NCBI GenBank assembly: GCA_951406725.2
Contig: OX597822.1
Location: 11,222,001-11,286,000 of the forward strand
From: Octopus vulgaris
Lineage: Eukaryota
DNA: 64,000 bases
Direction of reading: 5' to 3'
In this document: positions 56,665 to 64,000 of the stretch, piece after piece
How positions within the stretch are numbered: the first letter of the stretch is position 1
Layout: the number at the start of each line of letters is the position of its first letter
The notes under the pieces: generated by a model
Database searches by the model: none
Told to the model about the DNA's origin: nothing
The model's input: the letters and a program-made list of their open reading frames with translations, nothing else
Translations under genes and position numbers: made by a program

Positions 56665-56883
56665 TACACACACATACATAGAAGTATGTGTGGGAAGAAA
56701 ATGATCTCTGAGAATTGGTTTTCCTTTTCTCCGACATATCATTAACCTGTCGTTTTGTTTGTTCTTTTTATTTGTTTACTGTTATCGCTGTAGGCTGCAG
56801 CCATAATAATAATAATAATGATAATAATAATACCAACAACAACAATGGTAATAATAATATTGATAATAATGATAATACCGATG

Positions 56884-56960
<77 letters not shown>

Positions 56961-57596
56961 GCGTGTATCAAATGTATTTATATAAGTAGCTACACACAAA
57001 TTATATCTTTGGTTTACCTTAATGCTTAATTGCAGGTGTTAAATTTCACATCAAATTTTGAATGAATTGCTTTCATTGATCTCCGTATATCTTCTGCTGG
57101 GGACTTGGAGAACATTTTAATTAATCCCCGCCAAAAATAAAACAACGACGATGACAGCATCAACAACAACAACAACTTGACCCAGTAGAATATTATTTGT
57201 TTCTTATTACCATTTATCTATTCTTGGAACCCACTGGCACCACTCTGATAAAATTCTTCAAAGTTTCGATTCTCAAATGAGCAATATATCACTTGAATTC
57301 CTCCATCGTAAATGCAATTTCCGGTTGTGATTAGTAAAGCGGAAAGGTTTGATTTTTATTACGTTGGTTTCTCCACAACTCGTTATAATTAGATTAATCT
57401 GAGCCAATAGCAGAGATGATGAGTGGGGGTTATGTCTCTACGGGGCCGCTCGCCCTGCTAGAATTGGCAGTTAAATAGCTCACTTCTGTCGTTCTTTCCT
57501 GCAGCGGATCTGAGAAGAAGACTCACTGCCATAATTATTAAAATTAAAATAGTTTTAAATGTTTTTTTCAACTCCTACCTTGGTAAAGAAATATGT

Positions 57597-57750
57597 GGGC
57601 GGCGGGCGAAATGCTTAGCAGTATTTCGTCTGTCTTCGTGTTCTGAGTTCAAATTCCGCCGAGGTTGACTTTTCCTTTCATCCTTTCGGGGTCGATAAAT
57701 TAAGTACCAGTTGCAAATTTCGGGCCTTGTTCCTAGAGTACAAAAGAATT
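57597..57750 (+). mobile_element. SINE family A
   Basis: gggcgaaatgcttagc..ctgagttcaaattccgccgagg..ggggtcgataaattaagtaccag. Confidence 0.85.
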
Positions 57751-57939
57751 TTGGACTATTACTTCATTCTAGCAAAAAACATGATGAGTACATTGAATAG
57801 TGTAACTTTAGATACTACACTATGGAAGAATAAAAAGGAAAAAACCAAGGGCTGGTGAGGGTTTTAATGCTTTTGGTAATTTAGTTTGATCCGGTTCATC
57901 TGAGGGGTAGACAACAACAACAACATTAATAATAAAAAT

Positions 57940-58942
57940 TCTTTCTAATTTTGGCACAAGGTCAGGAATTTCTAATGTGGCTGAATCCGATTACATACAC
58001 CCCAGTTCTCCACTGATACATATATTATCGACTTAGGTGGCATTTGAATTCAGGACGTAAAGAACCAGAAGAAATACCGCTAAGCACTTATTTTTCCGAC
58101 GCTCTAACGATTCTGCCAGTTCACCACATTTAATCTTTCAAATTTTGGCACCAAGCTAACAGTTAGTCGACCTCCATGGAATTTGAACTCAGAATGTGAA
58201 GAGCTGGAACTAAGAGCGACACGCTAGCGATTCAGCCAACTCGCTGCCTTATAATGGATAATGATAATAATAAATGTTTCTCACAGAGTAGAGAACGAAA
58301 TATTTAGGGTTGAGGTTCGTGGTTTAAATTAACCCCAGGATTTGACTGGTACTGAACTTTATCGCCTCGGTGGATCGAGGTGCAAATTTGAGTGCAAAAC
58401 GCTTCCACACTAGAAGTCAAAAACCTGGAAGCGATTTTCCTTTCTATCATAATCACAAGACTTGAAATTATGGGAGAACTGGGGTCGGGCCGAGTCATTT
58501 ACATTGGTCCCAATGCTTGGCTGCTACTTACTTCATTGACCCCGAAAGGGTGAAAAGCAAAATCGATTTTGGTGGAATTTGAAATTAGAATGTAAAGACG
58601 GACGAAATGGCCGCTAAGTGCTTAGCTAATATATCGACCCCGAAAGGATGAAAGGCAAAGTCGACCTCGGCGGAATTTGAACTCAGAACATAGCGGCAGG
58701 CGAAATACCTATTTCTTTACTACTCCCAAGGGGCTAAACGCAGAGGGGCCAAACAAGGAGGACAAACGGATAAGTCGATTACATCGACCCCAGTGCGTAA
58801 CTGGTACATAATTTATCGACCCTGAGAGGATAAAAGGCAAAGTCGACCTCGGAGGAATTTGAACTCAGAACGTAGCGGCAGACGAAATACCGCTTAGTAT
58901 TTCGCCTGGCGTGATAACGATTCTGCCAGTTCACCACCTCCT
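57940..58942 (-). mobile_element. Cluster of ~5-6 co-oriented SINE family A copies
   Basis: Repeated B-box/core segments at ~58040, 58180, 58575, 58675 and 58860. Confidence 0.85.
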
Positions 58943-58962
58943 TAATAATGATGATGATGATG

Positions 58963-59018
<56 letters not shown>

Positions 59019-59022
<4 letters not shown>

Positions 59023-59582
59023 GCCCTGATGCAGTACCAGGCTGTGGCTCTCATGGCTTCTGATCTTAACTGATTGGAAGTGTTATCATGTACATTGTTT
59101 TGTCTTGATATAAAAGATGGGCTACAGCAAATATTCTCCTCAATACCACAGTTTTGCTTGTCAGTTGTTTGATCTTAACCAGTTGACCATGTCCCTTAGT
59201 GGCTGACGATATGTGCATCTCTGATCACGAGCAGAAGTAGTAGGGGAGCATCATAGCCGTGTGTTGAGAGGGATTCTTTGGGGTTTGAATAATTCACCTC
59301 TGGAAACATGGGTGTTTCGTTCAACATCCTTAAACAACCCTTATTCAGGGACCTTTCGAGTGAGATGGGTTACTCGACCTAAAGAAAATTCTAACTGAGC
59401 CCCACCTGCAAGGTCATGTGCTGTTTATCTTGATATGAGATCTCATCTCCATGTCGCGCACATATGGTTGTGATGCATGTACCTGGTGTACCCTTATCAG
59501 ACGGGTAGTCATGATGGGTATACTGGGCTTCGTGTATTTTACCCCAGTGTCACTTTGATGGCATGCACTGCTCTCTCACTCA
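59019..59582 (+). mobile_element. TAA-embedded element X, second full copy
   Basis: Matches 52085-52642. Confidence 0.85.
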
Positions 59583-59615
59583 ATAGTAATAATAATAATA
59601 GTAATAATAATAATA

Positions 59616-59656
<41 letters not shown>

Positions 59657-59701
59657 TCGAAAGAGAATCTATAGCTATTACTGACAATGATTACATTGAC
59701 G

Positions 59702-59734
<33 letters not shown>

Positions 59735-60598
59735 GCAGCAGCAGCACAAACAATAACGCCACTAAGTGTAACAGTCTATAATTGCTGCAACGTTTTAAAA
59801 TAAATTCATCAAAAATAATCATTATCAAATTGTTATCAATGAAGCATGTCTAATATTTTTGGCCAGTGTCTGATCGTTGCAATCATATTTATTTTCTTGG
59901 TTATTATATTGAAAAGTTGACACTTTCTGGTCTGAGAACAGATAACCACTGAAAAGGTCAGCGATCTGTCACTACGTGTTGCACTTCCACTTCCTTTTAA
60001 TCACTATACACTCTATTTTATTTGGAAAGATCTTTTGTTATAGAAATTCACTCCCCTTTCTCTTCTCTCTTTTTTTTTTGTTGCTATGTCTATCTTTCCA
60101 TCTGTCTGCCTTTATTCTCTTTTCATTTCTCTTATATTTTCCCTCTAATTTTCTTTCCTCTTCTATTATTTTCGACCTCAAATTCTCTAATTATATTTTT
60201 ATGTTTCTTTTATCGCAAATTACTCTCTCTTTGTCTATCTGTCTATCTATTTGTCTGTCTTTCTCGCCTTATATTCCTTTCTTTCTTTTCTCTTTTAATC
60301 TGGCATCCTCCATAACACCATCACTCTTTATATATTTATATTACTATATACAAGCACGTTTCCCTCTGTCTCTTTTTCATTGTCTACTTGACAGTCTGTC
60401 TCGCTTCCAATTTTTCTCACTTTGTCTTATATTTCATTCATGATATAAATTTCCTCCCACTACTTTGTACCTACTTCTCCCTCTACCTCTACCCATCTCT
60501 CTCACTGTTATACTGTCCTACCCCTCTCTCTCTCTTTCTTTGTCTCTTTCGTCTTTCTTTCCTAAATTTCTGTCTTAATCTCTCAATGTTCCTCTCAT

Positions 60599-60644
<46 letters not shown>

Positions 60645-60939
60645 ACACTCAATTTCTTTCTTATTCCTTCAATAACTCTCTCACTCTCTCACACTTATTA
60701 CTTTTCACTCTGTACCGTTCATTTTAGCTCCACCACACCTCCTCCTTTACACACACACATACTCACTCACACACACACACACACACACATTCACAAATTC
60801 TCATTCTCTCTCTTTCTCTTTATATTCCTTACTATTATACTCTCACTCTCCCTCTCTCTCGCTCTCCGATTCTCACAACATTTCTCCTTTTGTCTGTCAC
60901 TCATTAACTCTCTATTTGATTATTTCTTTATTGCTGATA

Positions 60940-61336
60940 GGGACTAAACACAGAGGGGACAAACAAGGACAGACAAACGGATTAAGTCGATTACGTCGAT
61001 TACGTCGATCACAGTGCGTAAGTGGTAGTTAATTTATCGACCCCGAAAGGATGAAAGGTAAAGTCAACCTCGGCGGAATTTGAACTCAGAACGTAAAGAC
61101 AGATGAAATACCTATTTCTTTACTACCCAAAAATGGCTAAACACAGAGAGGACAAACAACGGCAGACAAACGGATTAAGTCGATTATATCGACGCCAGTG
61201 CGTAACTGGTACTTATTTAATCGATCCCGAAAGGATGAAATGCAATGTCGATGAAAGGCGGAATTTGAACTCAGAACGTAACGGCAGACGAAATACCGCA
61301 AAGCATTTCGCCCGGCGTGCTAACGTTTCTGCCAGC
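60940..61336 (-). mobile_element. Head-to-tail SINE family A dimer
   Basis: Two cores joined at gaaatacctatttctttactaccc. Confidence 0.85.
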
Positions 61337-61429
61337 ACCCACCACCTTAACTCTCTATTCTCTGCCTCCTCCTCCTCCTCCTCCTCCTCACACATTCTCT
61401 ACTTCATTCTCGGACTTTGTATCACACCC

Positions 61430-61847
61430 TTTCTTTTTTCTTCCCTTCGTTTTTTTTCTTCCTTTCTTTCTTTCTTTTTCTTCCTTCCTTCCTTCCTTCC
61501 TTCCTTTCTTTCTTTATTTCTCTGTTTCTTTGTTTCTTTCTTCTTTCTTTGACCTTTCTTTCTTTCTTTTCTTTCTTTATTTCTTTCTTGTCCTTTTTTC
61601 TTTCTTTCTTTCTTTCTTTCTTTCGTTCTATCTTTCTTTGTTCTTTTTTTCTCTCTTACTTTCTCTCTATTTCTTTCTTTCACTTTTTCTTTCTTTCTTT
61701 CCTTCTTGCTCTTTTTCTTTCTCTTTCTTTCTTTCTTTCTTTGTTCTTTTTTCTCTCTTTCTTTCTCTCTATTTCTTTCTTTCTTGCTTTGTTCTTTCTT
61801 TCTCTCTCTCTCTCTCCTTCTTTCTTTCTTTCTTTCTTTCTTTCTTC

Positions 61848-61890
<43 letters not shown>

Positions 61891-61912
61891 GTCTTTCTCT
61901 CTATTTCTTCCT

Positions 61913-61955
<43 letters not shown>

Positions 61956-61975
61956 CCTCTCTCTCTCTTTCTCTT
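61430..61975. repeat. (CTTT)n/(CT)n polypyrimidine tract
   Basis: Direct reading. Confidence 0.9.
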
Positions 61976-62321
61976 CATCATCATTATTATCTATCATTAA
62001 TTTCCACCAATCACAGTCTTGATAATTTTTTGTCCTTATCTCACTTTTGTCGCTGTCTTCATTCAAACTTTATAAGCTATTCACTTCTTTTGCCCTCTCT
62101 GCATCTTCACACACTTTTTCTATACACCTTTTATGCTCTCTCTCTCTTTTCTATTACCTCCCCTACCACTCGTTGCTCTCTCCTTTTTCTTCGAGTCACA
62201 TCTTCATTCTTCTCTATCTCTGTACACAATCTTCAGTATAAATGATGAATTATCTTATCTGAATTCCTCAAGTGTTTTTATTCGTTCTAATAGTTATTCC
62301 CCCATGATGCCTTCTACACTT

Positions 62322-63372
<1,051 letters not shown>

Positions 63373-63554
63373 TTAGATTATAGGGAAACGGAGTGTACCA
63401 AAAAGCCATTTATTGTCACATCATAGTGGGCGTGGAACGACGCAATATACCCAGATGCAACACACAGTGCAAAGAAGACATCTCATGTGTATAATATGCT
63501 TGTAAATGCGGAAGTTTACATTTCAGTTTCGATGCAGTTCGGGTGGATATGTTT

Positions 63555-63770
63555 AAAAAAAACCCCGTCCACTCGAAATGACAGAATCTCTCAATACAAT
63601 TGTTTAAGGATGTTGAACAAACTACCCATGTTTCCAAAAGTGAATTATTAAAACTCCCAAAATCCCTGTCAAACACGGCTATGATGCTCCCCTACTGCTT
63701 CTGCTCCTGATCAGAGATGCACATATCGTCAGCCACTAAGGGACATGGTCAACTGGTTAAGGTCAAACAA
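63555..63770 (-). mobile_element. Partial element X
   Basis: Reverse complement matches ~52230-52440. Confidence 0.8.
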
Positions 63771-63840
63771 TAATTTACATTATCTACATTTGACGGATAT
63801 TTGTCCTCATCTTGTTTATACAAACAACAATGTACATGAT

Positions 63841-63876
63841 AATATTTCAGCTGATATACCAGCCTTCATCAGGTGT
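63841..63876 (-). ncRNA. Hammerhead-like motif with canonical core, stem I disrupted
   Basis: ACAC-CTGATGA-A-GGCTGG tata TCAGCT-GAAA-TA-T-T; 3' stem I partner replaced by an aacaatgtacatgat segment. Confidence 0.5.
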
Positions 63877-63916
63877 CTGGTATTCATTCCTATTTAGGTA
63901 TTTTTCGATGTTGTTG

Positions 63917-63984
<68 letters not shown>

Positions 63985-64000
63985 TATAATTATTATTATC

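Overview
This is an AT-rich, microsatellite-saturated eukaryotic window with no recognisable host protein-coding gene. The repeat landscape points to a coleoid cephalopod, probably Octopus (inference). Nearly all ORFs in the track are translations of simple repeats. The real content is transposons. (1) A young, 5'-truncated and inverted Penelope-like element (PLE; Neptune-type RT + GIY-YIG, 46329-50405) with near-identical ~720-bp inverted arms. (2) Many R4/Dong-type REL-endonuclease LINE fragments sitting in (TAA)n. (3) Tx1/L1, CR1-like and RTE LINE relics, two mariner relics and three non-autonomous Helitrons. (4) At least four tRNA-derived SINE families, two of which share 3' tails with LINEs in the window. 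The most interesting signal is a set of at least 8 dispersed type-I hammerhead-ribozyme-like motifs with palindromic stem III. One is fully canonical (4809-4898), several carry a compensatory U3-A8 core, and several lie in small inverted-repeat mini-elements embedded in (TA)n. All folds, alignments and translations were done by eye; coordinates of decayed elements are approximate.
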